A stretch of 60,999 nt of DNA, filler included, from Porpidia crustulata (taxonomy: Eukaryota): NCBI GenBank assembly GCA_964255105.1. It is 8 parts of 8 records of this genome, joined end to end, with 100 filler letters (N's around TTAATTAATTAA, not from the genome) between each part and the next. Parts side by side here need not be neighbours in the genome. Positions count along the whole stretch, not along the records: positions 15,292 to 22,835 come from CAXUWE010001297.1; positions 22,936 to 30,478 come from CAXUWE010001298.1; 6 more parts are not named here. One strand, 5' to 3'. This document shows, piece by piece, positions 15,982-28,442 of the stretch. The position numbers were made by a program, and so were the translations under genes. The notes beneath the pieces are model-generated. The model saw only the letters and a program-made list of their open reading frames with translations. It did not search any database and was not told the origin of the DNA. The first letter of the stretch is position 1. Each line of letters begins with the position of its first letter.

Positions 15982-17882
15982 ACTGGGCGTGCTGAGGTCG
16001 TGATTTGACTGGTTCGTTCGACTAGGCGTACTAATGGCCCCCGCGATCACTGCGTAATCTGGGTTAGTGTGTTGGAACTTCTACTTGGTGTATCAGTTAC
16101 CGTATTTGTATTTGGCCTCCACCTCTGTTGACTGACTGTTGATGTTTGAAACTGAGAGAGTAGAGAGAGGAAGGAATAGAATTTGAAAGGATTATTCCCA
16201 TCAACTCAACTCCTGATTTGCCCATCTCTTTTTCTGATCCTTTCGAGCCTCCCTCGCTCTTTAGTCTATTGGCACTATTCCACATTGATCCTGTCGCAAT
16301 AAAGTTGTGCTAGCGTCATCGTTCCGCACAAAAATCTTTAAATGCAAGATCCTACGAGCCCAGAAAAAAGAAAAATAAATGGCGAAATCTACGACAGTTG
16401 TTATTCTACTGTTGTTATCGGAGTAACGATATCAAAGAACATTTGAGATGGCAATTCAAGATCAACTAAGTCCGTCAATGGACCAACGATGGTCGTCGGC
16501 CTAGAGCCATAGTCAATGCACATTTCGGCTTTTCAATCGATTGGATTGCCATCCTCGCTAGTAAAGAAGGATAGGTCAAGATCAGAATGTGATCAGTCGA
16601 CTGAGTATGCAGCTTATTCTGCTTTCATATGCCATTCCCTAAGCCGATTGCCTCATCAACTTTTCCACACATTCCTCGTCGATGGTTCTATTACGTTGAA
16701 GCCTACAATAAAGAGGCGACAATACGGCGTGATCTCAATGATCAAGAGGGATCTAACTCATTTCATTCCAGCTTTTTTTCAGATGATGCATCATATTCCC
16801 CTGATTTACTTACAATTAAAAATGAAGCACAAGGCCTTGTTCTCAATCCGTTGTTCTGTACAGGAATGTCCTGTCGTTACTATCACCAATCAAATCTCTA
16901 GAACCTTGAGTATCATCTTTGATAACTTCGTTGGTACTGTGGACTCCACGAATGTGGTTGAGTTTGCCATTGTAAAAATTTCTTCAATTATGCCTCAATC
17001 AAGATTCATAAAATCAATAAAACCAGTTTTCTCTGCAGCACGCTGCCGGACTCGATGATGATGGAGAATTTACGAGTGATGTCGTGCTGGAACTTGGGCA
17101 GTCGAGTGGAATGACTTGGAAAGGGTTATATACAGAGCAAAACGCTCGGTCGCTATGTCGAAAGAGTTTGACAAAATGTCCGAAGCGAGGAGACTAATAA
17201 GCACGACAACGTTGCTCAACATTGGATACCGTGCATTGCAGCCTAAGAAGCAATTCTATGGGATCCGGCTATGTTTTGAAATCAGACTCTATGTCGCTCC
17301 CACATCTTGAGAAGAGAGTAAGAAGTAGAGTATGGATTAATGTAAACATGGTACAGATGCAGTAGATTCAGTAAAAAAAAACCCTCAAACATGCATGGTA
17401 ACGATGGGAGGCAAGGAGCTGAATCCCGCAATGCGGAAACATCTTGGTAGCGTCGGCGCTAAGCGCTCCCTATCATCAAAGGCCATAAGATACTTTGCTG
17501 ACCACCTCAACAACTAGATGCTCCCACGCCCCTACTCAAAATAAATGATCCTATTCACTCTATGTACGGAGATAACTGGGACACCATGCCTGACTTACGT
17601 CTGCCTTATCGTGCCCAACTCCTAAGAAGATCATTGCTCCTAAATTCCAATCTTTGAGACTCCTTGAGGGACTGACGCTTTGAGTCCATGACAAGCTGTC
17701 TCCGCCCTCATTCTGGCGAGTCTTGAATACTTGAACGCCCAAACCTGATTTCTCACGTTTCTCACATTCTTGCTTCGTTTGTCGCTACAAGTCTCCTTAT
17801 TATTCTGACCGTCTACGTCACGCGTCGTCTACGACTTTCTCGAATCTCATTCCTAAAGGCGAAATTCGATCAGCCTCATTTC

Positions 17883-19512
17883 ATGAAGGACTTTCGAGAG
17901 TCCGATGACCTCAGTAGATGCCTCACTTCGGCACTTCCTGATGATGTTATTCTTCCGCATGATGCCGTTCATTTCAAGCAGTCGATGAATACCCACTGGG
18001 CGCAGCAAGAGTGTGAGGTGGTATCAGCGTGTATTGTCCGGCTCCGCGACGCTCAGCAGCTCTGCACAGTTGTCTCGATTATCAAGCGGAAGTACGACAG
18101 ACGAAGGAAGGATAAGAATAAAAAAAAACTCAAGGGACTCTTTGCTATCCGTAGCAGTGGCCACTCTTCGGTTGCGGGCGCTGCGAGTATCGAGGGCGGC
18201 GTTGTTATTGATCTGAGTCTCTTTTGCGACGTCACGCCTTCTGAGGATGGGTCAAGCGTCATCATAGGGACTGGTGCGAAGTGGATGGATGTATCTAAGA
18301 TTTTGGACGACAAGGGGCTCGCCGTTGTTAGAGGCCGGAATTCTGCCGTTGGGGTGGGCGGCTTGACTTTGGGTGGTGAGCTCCTCAGTCTGTTAGTATT
18401 TCTTATTGATCTTTTCTACTTGATCAAGGGTTGCGCTTCTGATATGCTGCTCCCTACTTCAATAGCTGACAAAAAGGCCTCAATAGGCGGGCTGTCCTTT
18501 TTCTCCCCCCGCTTCGGCCTAGTCTGCTCCAATATCATCAGCTACGAAATTGTTCTCGCGTCTGGCAACATGGTTGCGGCCTCCGAATCAACTAATCCTG
18601 ACCTTTGGCGTGCTCTCAAAGGCGGTGCCAATATTTTCGGAATTGTCACACGCTTTACCGCTCGCAGCTTTCCATCCACCAAGATCTGGAGCGGTTTTCT
18701 GTACTTGCCCGCTTTTCAAGCCACAAAGGTGCTTGTGGCTCTCCACGAATTTGTGAGTAGAGCAGATATGAGCCAGCCTGACACCACATACGAAAAAAAT
18801 GCCGCTGGCCCTCTCGTCTGCTTCTCCTATGTATTCAAGCTTGGCGTTCAGGCCATCTCTGTGAATCTCGTTTACACGAAGCTCCCTGAAAATGAGAAAA
18901 AATGGCCCGCTTGCTGAAAGACCTCCTCATTCTCAACGCTCTGGCGCTTCTGAAGTACCTGCAAAGTTCGCAGCCTAACCAGCGCGACCGACGAGATGAA
19001 TGCGCTCAACCCCCCAGGAAGGCGCCAGGTCTTTGCCACTACAACCATCAGAAATGATCCAGCCACCATTTCTGCTGCACACACCGCCTATTCTGATGCT
19101 ATTGCCTCGATTCGTCGTCGCCACGTTAAAGATATGATGTGAACAGTCGTTCTACAACCGCTGCTATCGAATTGGGCATGCAAAGATGATGTCAATCCAC
19201 TCGGTCTTCGCGATGACACCAATGACTCTCTCATCAGTGATATTTACAGTCAATTGGCAGGATCGACGAGATGACGATTTTATTAATGAGTTGACTCGCC
19301 GCACTATTGATCAAATCGATGCATTTGCAACGACTCACAAACCAAGTCATCCTTTTCGATACTTAAATTATTGTGATGAATGGCAAAGACCCTTTGCAGG
19401 GTATGGGGAAGACAATTGGCAATTTTTGCAGGAGGTGAGTAGGAGATATGATCCGATGGGATTCTTCCAGAAAGGGTGTTTAGGTGGTTTCAAGCTGTGG
19501 AGCGAACTTTGA
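17883..19512 (+). pseudogene. FAD-linked oxidoreductase (FAD_binding_4/BBE-like) pseudogene
   Basis: FAIRSSGHS, VGVGGLTLGG|GLSFFS, PDLWRALKGG..FGIVTRF, YLNY..YDP.G.FQ..GGFKL. In-frame TGA at 18915, 18951 and 19140 and a frameshift near 19235. Intron near 18376-18486. Confidence 0.88.
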
Positions 19513-19889
19513 CGACCGCTTTTGTTTTGACGCTCTTCGTGATATGGTGTGCATTGTACCATACTCCACGACTCTGACTGATTGAATATGTGATATTCAT
19601 TGATTTGATTCATTGCAGGACCTAATAGAATAATATATACAAAAACTACGAAGACTGTTCATCGAAGCTGTTTTTAAATGCAGCACTGCTGAAATCTGAA
19701 GCATGGTTGATAACTTTGATCATGACTAATGTAATAAGGGTGTGATTCTGAGCCTTGTAGGGCTGACAAATTTGTCGAGGAATTAAATCCTTGGCAATAC
19801 CAAATTCTCATCAGACAGTGCCATTACTTCAAATCTCTGGCCAAGGCGAAGAAGCTCCTAGGAGTTCCTAAATCAACTCGGTCTATACC

Positions 19890-22254
19890 ATGGCGAATAC
19901 CTCTGCAGGCAGTTCTTGTACAAGCGCACAAAGCTACCTCTCATCTAGAGGTGGTGATTATCACGTACACCTTCCTAACAAGCGGTAAGTCTCGAAAGGC
20001 AGCTGACTTTCCCTTAGCTCTCATTTGAGACTGTTGTTATGAAAGGACTTGCTGCAGATGGTGGTCTTTTCTTGCCCGAGGAGATCCCAGTTGTACCAGA
20101 TTGGGTGCGTCCCATAAGCAGTCAATTTTTACCATGACTTTCCCCCTTGCAAAACGATTTTTTTTGAGACCAGAATTATTCATATTCATTGAAGCTAATG
20201 CTAAATTTTATCAGACAAAATGGAAAGACCTCTCGTATGCCGACTTGGCCTTTAACATTTTCCGCTTGTACATCTCGACTAGCGAAATTCCTGACGATGA
20301 TCTGAAAGGCATTGTCGACCGAAGTTACTCGAGTTTCAGGGCGCCGGACATTACACCATTAATTCACCTACAGGGTAATTTGTACGCCCTCGAACTATTC
20401 CACGGACCAAGCTATAGTTTCAAGGATTGTGCGTTAGAGACAAATGTACTCGATTCGTCAATTTAACAGTTTGTCAGGCGCACTGCAGTTCTTGGGTAAC
20501 CTTTTTGAATATTTTCTTCTTCGGAGGAACAAAGAGAAGAAAAATGAAGGTGGGTTGAAGCAATACTATGACCATCATGTTTCCGGTGAGCTTTAGTACG
20601 TCATCTAACTACTACTAATAGATAGATATCATTTGACCGTCGTTGGTGCAACAAGCGGCGACGTAAGTATACCCTCTTCCCAAAGGATTACAGGAACTCT
20701 ATTGAAAATATACAGACTGGATCTGCAGCGATTCATGGTCTCCGTGGTAAAGCAGATGTGTCAGTATTCATCTTGCATCCGGAAGGCCGTATCAGTCCCT
20801 GTCAGGAAGATCAGATGACAACTGTCTTGGATGGGAACGTGCACAATATGGCAGTCAAGGGCACATTCGACGATTGTCAGGTAAGTATTGAACGGAAATG
20901 AGATCCCGGCTCACAAGCTAACAAATGACTAGAACATTGTCAAGGCACTCTTCAACGATCCTGATACGAATCAGAACTTGAAGCTAGGTTCGGTCAACTC
21001 CATTAATTTCTCGAGGATATTAGCACAAATTGTCTACTATTTTCGATCCTATTTTTTGCTTGCTCAAACATCCTCATTCAAGATTGGAGACAAGGTGAAG
21101 TTTGTAGTACCAACGGGAAATTATGGTATGTGGTCGCCTTTGAAGCCTCATCAGAGAGACTATCATAAATTCTCGAGCGTTGTATCTGACGAAAATGGTA
21201 GGCAATGTGCTTGCGGGTTACCTCGCTACAAAGATGGGCCTGCCCGTGGACAAACTAGTCGGTATGACAATCCCTAGCCTGTAATGAGTGTGGTAGCGTT
21301 CAACACTTACTTATTCGCAGTGGCAACCAATGAGTATGTAGAACCAAATGCGTTTCTCTTTTCCAAGTTCCTCAAGCGCTCGATCTCTTTTTCCTCACTG
21401 TTTAGAGGAGATCTAAATTGAGATTCATATCTTGACGTTTATTTAACTTATATCTGTAACGGTCCCTAATTCTCCGTAATAAAGGAACGATATATTAGAT
21501 CGCTTCTGGAAGACTGGTCGATATGAAAAGAAACCAGTCTATGGTGGAGAAGCAGAAGGCGGGCTGGAGGCCGACGGTGTGAAGGCCGACGCTGAAGGTT
21601 GTAAGGAAACACTGAGTCCTGCAATGGATATATTGGTGTCAAGCAACGTCGAGAGACTCCTGTGGTGTTTAGCAAAAGGCATGTATTATATGCCTTGGAA
21701 TCTTGAAGTTGCTGTCTTCGTACTAAGTGGCTGCAGATTTTGCCTCACGGGACGGCTTGAACGATAAACTCAGCAAGGAAAAAGCTGGGCGAGAGGTCTT
21801 GGCCTGGTTCCAGGCGCTGAAAGAGACGGGTGGTTTCGGCCCTGTACCCAAAGAGGTCTTGGAGGATGGACGTCGTACATTTGAGAGCGACCGTGTTAGC
21901 GATCAGGAGACCTTGGAGACCATCAAGCTTTGCTATAAGGAACTTGGCTACGTGCTCGACCCTCACACAGCAATTGGCATCGCTGCTGCCAAGAGATCCA
22001 TCATTCGGGCGGGTTCGCATATGCCTCACATCTCAATGTCAACCGCCCATCCCGCAAAATTCTCACATGCGGTTCAACTGGCTCTCAAAGACGAGGGCGG
22101 CTTTGATTTCGACAAAAGTGTACTTCCTCCTGAGCTGCATCGACTTTCGCTGATGGAGAAACATGTTACGTCCGCTGAGAATTCGTGGGAGATGGTGAGA
22201 GAGATCATTAAGAAGCAAGTTAGAGAAGATAGGGAAATAGAAAGTCGTACTTGA
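19890..22254 (+). CDS. Threonine synthase-like PLP enzyme (divergent Thr4 family), 11 exons
   Basis: YLSSRG, GLAADGGLFLP, ELFHGPSYSFKDCALQF (PLP lysine), GATSGDTGSAA, FDDCQ, NSINFSRILAQ, PTGNYGN, SPAMDILVSSN, DPHTA, STAHPAKF. Ten introns traced in frame. Confidence 0.88.
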
Positions 22255-22665
22255 TCGTCCATCATTTTGTGGGCATATCTACTGTCTAGGTTTTATAATA
22301 CTTATCACGGAAAAGCGACTTACACCGGTTCATCTGTTGGATCTACTTGTCGCATTTGAGTCGATCGTATTGACCAGACCGCTATGATATCGAAGGGTCC
22401 AACTCCCCCTAAACCCATGTTTCGTTTCGTTCACTCAAAACAGTTCTCAACCACTTTGACCCAATTATATCAGGTTTTCTGCAGTTAACTTTGCACTCTG
22501 GAGGTCAATCACAGTCTTAGCCAAATAAAACAACACGAGTTAGAGTATTTGATTAGGACAGCACCAGCTAATCTACCTACTAGTAGCGATCAGGGTTAGG
22601 GCTATTTGATAGGTCTTTAGATATTCCAAATTTTGCGAATCAAGCTTCATCCATCAGTCATGTAG

Positions 22666-22800
22666 TTACAACAATCGCGCCCTCGTGGCAATTGCATAAG
22701 CTCCAGCTTCACGATGATCAAAGCCATCTTCTTCAGCATATTTGACGTCAATGAAGGTTCCACTACCCCTCCCCCACTCCTTTCTGACCTCCGCTAAACC
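22666..22800 (-). CDS. Probable terminal exon of a gene truncated by the contig end
   Basis: A CTGAT..TAG acceptor precedes a 45-codon exon GLAEVRKEWGRGSGTFIDVKYAEEDGFDHREAGAYAIATRARLL*. Family not recognised. Confidence 0.35.
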   Translation of the reverse strand, partial: GLAEVRKEWGRGSGTFIDVKYAEEDGFDHREAGAYAIATRARLL

Positions 22801-22835
22801 CTACAATCAGGCCCCAAAGTTCTCCACCAAGTCCC

Positions 22836-22935
22836 NNNNNNNNNNNNNNNNNNNNNNNNNNNNNNNNNNNNNNNNNNNNTTAATTAATTAANNNNNNNNN
22901 NNNNNNNNNNNNNNNNNNNNNNNNNNNNNNNNNNN
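22836..22935. other. Artificial contig linker
   Basis: 44 N + TTAATTAATTAA + 44 N. Confidence 0.98.
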
Positions 22936-23730
22936 ACGTCGTCTGCGACTTCTCTCAATACGTACTGTTCGTCGAAGACCTTCATTTTCTGCTTTTAGAA
23001 GAGCTACATCTGTAGTAAGCTTTTCTATCGTATTGTTCAACTTACTGTGAGGAGTCGTAGTGAACTATATCAATTGACTAGACTAAGCCTATAATACAAG
23101 GAGAATAACTTAAGGAGGGAAAGGAATTCTGTCGCGAAAACCTCCTTTTGGGATCGGCTTCTGAGCGGAAGGAATTCCGTATCGAGAATGCAGGTGCGTA
23201 GTACCTAATCCAATTAATGGGTCTAACCCATCACATTTACATTCTTTAATATTGCAGTGCTTGTCTTTGAAGAAAAGCAACGAACATAAATTGTTGAGAT
23301 CAGAAAATCACTGTTTAGTCAGTGTCGAATACTTTGCGCAAAACACGATATAAGCGCAAAGGTCTTAAGCGATTCGACGAGAGATCTGACGTTTTCTCCT
23401 TCTTTCTCTCTTTAATTGTTTTCGTGCTTCCCCGTCCTCACACCCACTCCTGTATTCGACTGTGTGACGGTCAAAAAGCAGATGATCGAATTGAAACTTG
23501 ACAAGAGTAGGCTAATAAGTCTAGTGCTAGATCTATTGCAAGGGTGTACGGGTGTGGGGGTGTATCGCTGTTGGTTTCCAACTTCCAAGAACCTGGAAAC
23601 GATATTCGTGATCTACCTAGCCAACGGTATTGATTAGCAGTTGAAAGAACCAAACGAGTTGATGGCTGCCCGACCTGAAGTGCCAAGTTGTTAATCCCGA
23701 TGGCTGCATCGCTTTTCCAGCAATTACAGC

Positions 23731-23826
23731 TACCCGTACTCACCCCTAGTTCGGCCACGCCCGCTTAATTTTGATTTTTAACCCTAACCCTTGGTGTGGT
23801 GGCCGAAGTAGGGGTGAGTACGAGTA
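23731..23826. mobile_element. 96-bp MITE-like element (Tc1/mariner-pogo type, TA ends)
   Basis: 28-bp inverted repeats TACCCGTACTCACCCCTAGTTCGGCCAC / GTGGCCGAAGTAGGGGTGAGTACGAGTA (2 mismatches), TA at both ends, internal TAACCCTAACCCT. Confidence 0.7.
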
Positions 23827-23962
23827 AGGTAAGGCTGGGCGCTGGGGCTTATCTCACAAGTATGGAGAATTAATTATGTCAGAGTTGTCTTCCTACCAAT
23901 CAGCCAATGTCCCGCGTCTCCCGTATCAAGCTCCGTAGCTCAAACCAACCGATCACACCAGA

Positions 23963-24218
23963 CGCCAGGCAAAAAAAGCCGCGCACCCAAATTTTCCCCA
24001 CCAAATTTACTACTGAATTTCAGGAGGTTTATTGTTCTAATAACCCGTCATTTTACCCTCGCCGTTTATTACAGTCCTTATTCTCATAGCCCCCTAGAAT
24101 TTGGCCTTAGTAGGGGTTTCATGGTGTTGATAATGCTTTTTTGGTTTCATGATTCTCCTGAAATCCAGCAGTAAATTTGATGGGGGAAATTTGGGTCCAC
24201 GGCTTTTTTTGCCTGGCG
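23963..24218. mobile_element. ~256-bp MITE-like element with ~64-bp inverted arms
   Basis: Arm 23963-24026 (CGCCAGGCAAAAAAAGCCG..CCCAAATTT..AAATTTACT.CTG.ATTTCAGGAG) matches the reverse complement of 24155-24218. The spacer is non-coding. Confidence 0.75.
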
Positions 24219-24701
24219 CAGTGCACACGTACTGTCTTTTGCTACACGAATGAAACCCACTGTTCATGCATCAAAGGCTCAATGTGGCTTTTGGTTCATG
24301 GGCGGCCCCGTCCGCTAATCAAAGCAACGATGCATGGATGACTATTTTATCCACAGTGGTTGGAAGATATCCACGAGTTGGATGCAACACATGTGCTCCC
24401 GCAGGATCTTGGTGGCCACAATTCCTCAAGCCTTAACTCAATATGATTTTGGCGTATCATGGAGCAGATTCAGCCAGTACAGCCTTGTGTAACCTTTGCA
24501 AATCAGTGTCTCTGGGGAGATGATGCTTATGCAGGACTCGTAGCAAGAACTGGAGCTTTTTCAGCTTGGCTCTGCAACCTCTTTCATCCCCAACGTTTTA
24601 TATTTAAACTAACCATTCTCGAAAACGTTCCAAAAAGCAATAAAATCGCTATTCGATCGCCTTGTGGTCAACAGTCACAGACTATCCGGCGGAAATTAGA
24701 G

Positions 24702-26616
24702 ATGGCTCAGGATGGCGTTATTGATGATACAAAGCTGTTGATAATGGACTCGCAAGCTTCAGGGAAGTCCCGGGCGAAAGCAACGGTCGCTAGGTCGCCC
24801 AGCACTCCCTCAAGGGTCGATCATGGCGAGCTCGCAAAACAGCGTATCGATTTTAGGTCATCCTTGAAGTTACTTCTCCCATGGATTTGGACTGTTGCTT
24901 TCGCAATTGCACTCATTATTGTGGTCAAAGTTTATGAAGACAAGGGCGTCCTTACATCGTCGCAAAAGAACGCATATAATTTGATAACAACCGGGCTGAT
25001 CCTCTTCCTTGGCCTAAGTTTCTATGTACGTGTTATTTGACACATTCAAAGAAAGTTCTGCTAATCATGCTTCAATAGGAAGCTTTCAAGGAACTTGCCA
25101 AAGCTCTTCGCTACCACCTCCAGTACTGGTTCAACCCTTCATCAGATACCTTGTGCCTGATAGAAGGTTTCGATAGCCTGCTAAGGGTGTTTCAGCTCAC
25201 TTTGAGCTCTATCGGCTGGGGGTTCCGAGCTTTTTGCATAGTATGGGTAAGTCTCTTTCTTGACAGACAGCTCGCGACCAGTTGCAGTTCTTCAAGACTA
25301 GCCTTCGCCCGAGCCCTTCCCATACCGTGTACCAACGCATGTTAAGCCAATTGATTATCGAAACACTGCTGATTGCAATGTCTCAGCTTCTGATCAATCT
25401 TGTAAGAACTCGTCTCCCATCATCAAGGTTTCATGCTCATTATCTTTAGATTGCACAGGTCTCAGCTGCTATCATCAGTCTGACATACACCTTGGATGAC
25501 GGCAAAGATTACAGTGGCACATATATTCGAAGGGGCCAAGTCACCGTGTCAAATTTGACGTGCTACATTCATGGCGATGACTGTCCGTCTCAAATTACCA
25601 CTGATGCGCTGGCCCATTCGTATGGGGATTTGACACTAGCTGCTGACTCGAGGCAAACGTCTGACTGCGGCTATTTCACTGATGTAGCAAGCGTGATTAG
25701 TTCCCAGGAGAACTTTCGATATTACTGCCGACGTAATACCACGGTTCATGGGTTTGCGTACCGTTTCAACGAGTACAACCCTGACGACACGCAAAAATCA
25801 TACCCCCATTTCACGGATCGTGTGATCAGCGCGTCTTCTGGAGAGTGCAACGAGTACTCACAGGTCGGCATTCCCGAACCGACTGCAGTTGGAGATACAA
25901 ATTCCCTAAATTACATCAGTGCCATGAACTTCACTTACACTAATAACTTGACTAGTGGAAGCATTGTGATCCCCACTTCAGCTCTGGGTGACGAGGGTAC
26001 CACCTACATCTATCGAGGTATGAAGTTACCTGCAAAGGCAATCACTTATGGATACGGCGACCGAGGTATTTGGATGTGGGCATACAGAAACCCTGGCCGG
26101 GAGCAAGACTCACGATTTTACGAATGTCCGGTTAGCATCAGCGCCGTTAGCAACGTAGTCAATCCGAAGCACAACATCACGAACGAAGTAGCCCGGGAGG
26201 CAGCAGCGTCGATCGCGTTGCAGGGACAATGGAGAGGACCGGGAGAAGATCCAGACTACAGGCAATGGCAATGGTACGCGGAAGGGTGAGTTACAACAAG
26301 CCAACCGCCGCTTTCTAGAATTGGGATTTGGCTGACATTGTGCAGTCATCCATGGGAAATCCATTATCAAAATAATAGCAGAGTTGGCGCCAACATAGCG
26401 GAACATGCCATTGTATCTTTGGCGGGAATGGTGTCAAGAAACCCACCGATACGAACCTACGGAACGATTCCTCATCTCGGCAGCAAGCTTTCGGTCAAAT
26501 GGAAGTATTTCGAAACGCTATTGGCGTGCATTATTGCAGCAGATTCGCTGGTGATTTCGATGAGCTATTTCGCAATCAAGTTTGTGCCTAGTGAACGGGA
26601 TTGGAATCGCCTCTAG
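24702..26616 (+). CDS. Hypothetical multi-pass membrane protein with a luminal Cys-containing domain, multi-exon (includes a 15-nt microexon LLINL); start uncertain
   Basis: Hydrophobic helices at 24870-25025, 25190-25480 and 26500-26580. Spliceable GT-AG introns join the frames, including the long exon ORF 25492-26289. Confidence 0.7.
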
Positions 26617-28442
26617 ATGCCATGTTCCTGACGTGATCCAATTTGCGCTCATGCTAGGCCCAATCAGAAAGTTCGCCCTTGGGCATAGACTTTCCCATAC
26701 TTGGAACATTACAGATCATGGCAAAACACAATGTCGCACACCAACATATGTGAGATTGAAGTGCAGCACCGAGATAGAGAGCTGATAGGAGTAACGGAAG
26801 GTCTTGCAGCTTGGAATCTGCTCATTTTGCTCCTTCCTCTTCGTCTGTATTTTTTAATGTAGGTTTTTGGAAATACATAGGACGATTTGAATGCTCTCTG
26901 TTTGCTTCAGTATAGGAGGCCTTTTACGATACAAATGCTACCACTGGCAACAGCACCGCCTCGCTCTCCAGGAGTCCATGTGAAATCCAACAAAGATTGA
27001 AAGATTGAAAGATTGTGAGCAGAGCAGAATCTGGAGTATATCTACAACGACGACGGGGAGGAAAATTGAAGTAATATGACGGTGTGCTGAAACTAGAGCG
27101 AGAGCAGCAAAGAGAGGACGGCGGCAAGCCAAACGCGGCACGCTTTATCAGACGACAAGATGCAACTCACTTCCACACATACTATGCGCGAGTATCATTT
27201 GAGGTTTATTACCATAACATCGACTTTATAGTGTAGTTCTGCCTACAAACACAAGTTACAATTTGATTATGCAACTCCAGATGACTCGTCCACAGCCTCC
27301 AATGATGTCGAGGATCCTGACGCTATTCCATAATTCGCCGACTCCATCGCCGTTAAATTCTCCTCCCAAGTGCGGCTTTCGATTCGCCCCTCCACTGGAG
27401 AAGTGCGAAATCTCCATTTCTCTCATCTCTCAACTAGGCCACTGCTGACTGACCCTTAATACTCAGCCTTCCAATCTACTAATTATCAACTCCAGGGCAC
27501 ATGTACTTCGAGCTTCATATTAGCGCATTCCCCAGTAGCAAAATCCCCCTCAACGTCATGCTTGACTACATTTACTCACCAATGCACGGGAACTCATATG
27601 TTACGACCAAACCTTCCGAACCTCCTTATGGGGCCTAGCGCACCCATGGCCGGGCCTAATTTCCGGCCTTCCTAAATAGACCAGCCACCACCCTTTGTTT
27701 TCTTTCTTCTTTAGCTTTTAGATCTTCGTTTATTAGCCACCTACCTAGCCAACCAAATTCCAGTTGCTTGACCTTCCGGTAGTAAGGAACCCTCCAAAAT
27801 ACGTTTCTAACATCATATGCCAGACGCTGGCCTTCCTTCGCCTCTTCTATTTGATATTATACGCCGACCTGATGTTCCGCAACCGTTTTGGGTGGGCACA
27901 TTTGACTGCTATATCCAGGTCTCGATCATTTAATACCCATTCCGCACACAAATATTCCAATAAACAATAATCTAACATGAATACAAATCATAAAAGTTAA
28001 TGTACGATTAATGAGAATCTTCCATGTCATTGTTTGAAATTGGCAAGTAAAAAATTTGGAGTGTTATAAGATTTTTAGCTTTCGTCGTTGTTAAGTGAAT
28101 TAACAAATCATTGAACGGAAAACGTAGCTGCTAATCATTCAGCTGTGTTTCCGAAATGTCAATGAACCGGAGTAGGAAACTGAATATCCCTAACATGCGG
28201 AGCTTTAAGCACTATGATTCGGAATTTCAATGCTGCTGTTCATACACGTACAATAATAGTAGCCAAGGGGCAGGCTACCCGTAAGCGGGCATGGGACGCT
28301 TTACCAGATGAGGAACATCTGCTTAGGTACATTATACGCGGGACATATTTAATCCGTACTGACTACCGTGTCCTCCGTTGCTACGTATTATATCTACTTT
28401 CTGCACTTCCACATTTTATTGAGCTCAAAACACAAGTACATC

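Noticed and set aside
16516..17310. 180-aa and 64-aa ORFs in the intergenic region
   Set aside because: No recognisable motifs and atypical composition. A decayed gene is possible but not demonstrable by eye.
18915..19142. TGA=Trp recoding or a mitochondrial insertion explaining the three TGA codons
   Set aside because: The gene has a spliceosomal intron, uses TGG for other Trp codons and also has a frameshift. TGA is a normal stop in neighbouring genes.
22591..22601. AGGGTTAGGG as a telomere
   Set aside because: Fewer than two full repeats, internal, and with no flanking structure.
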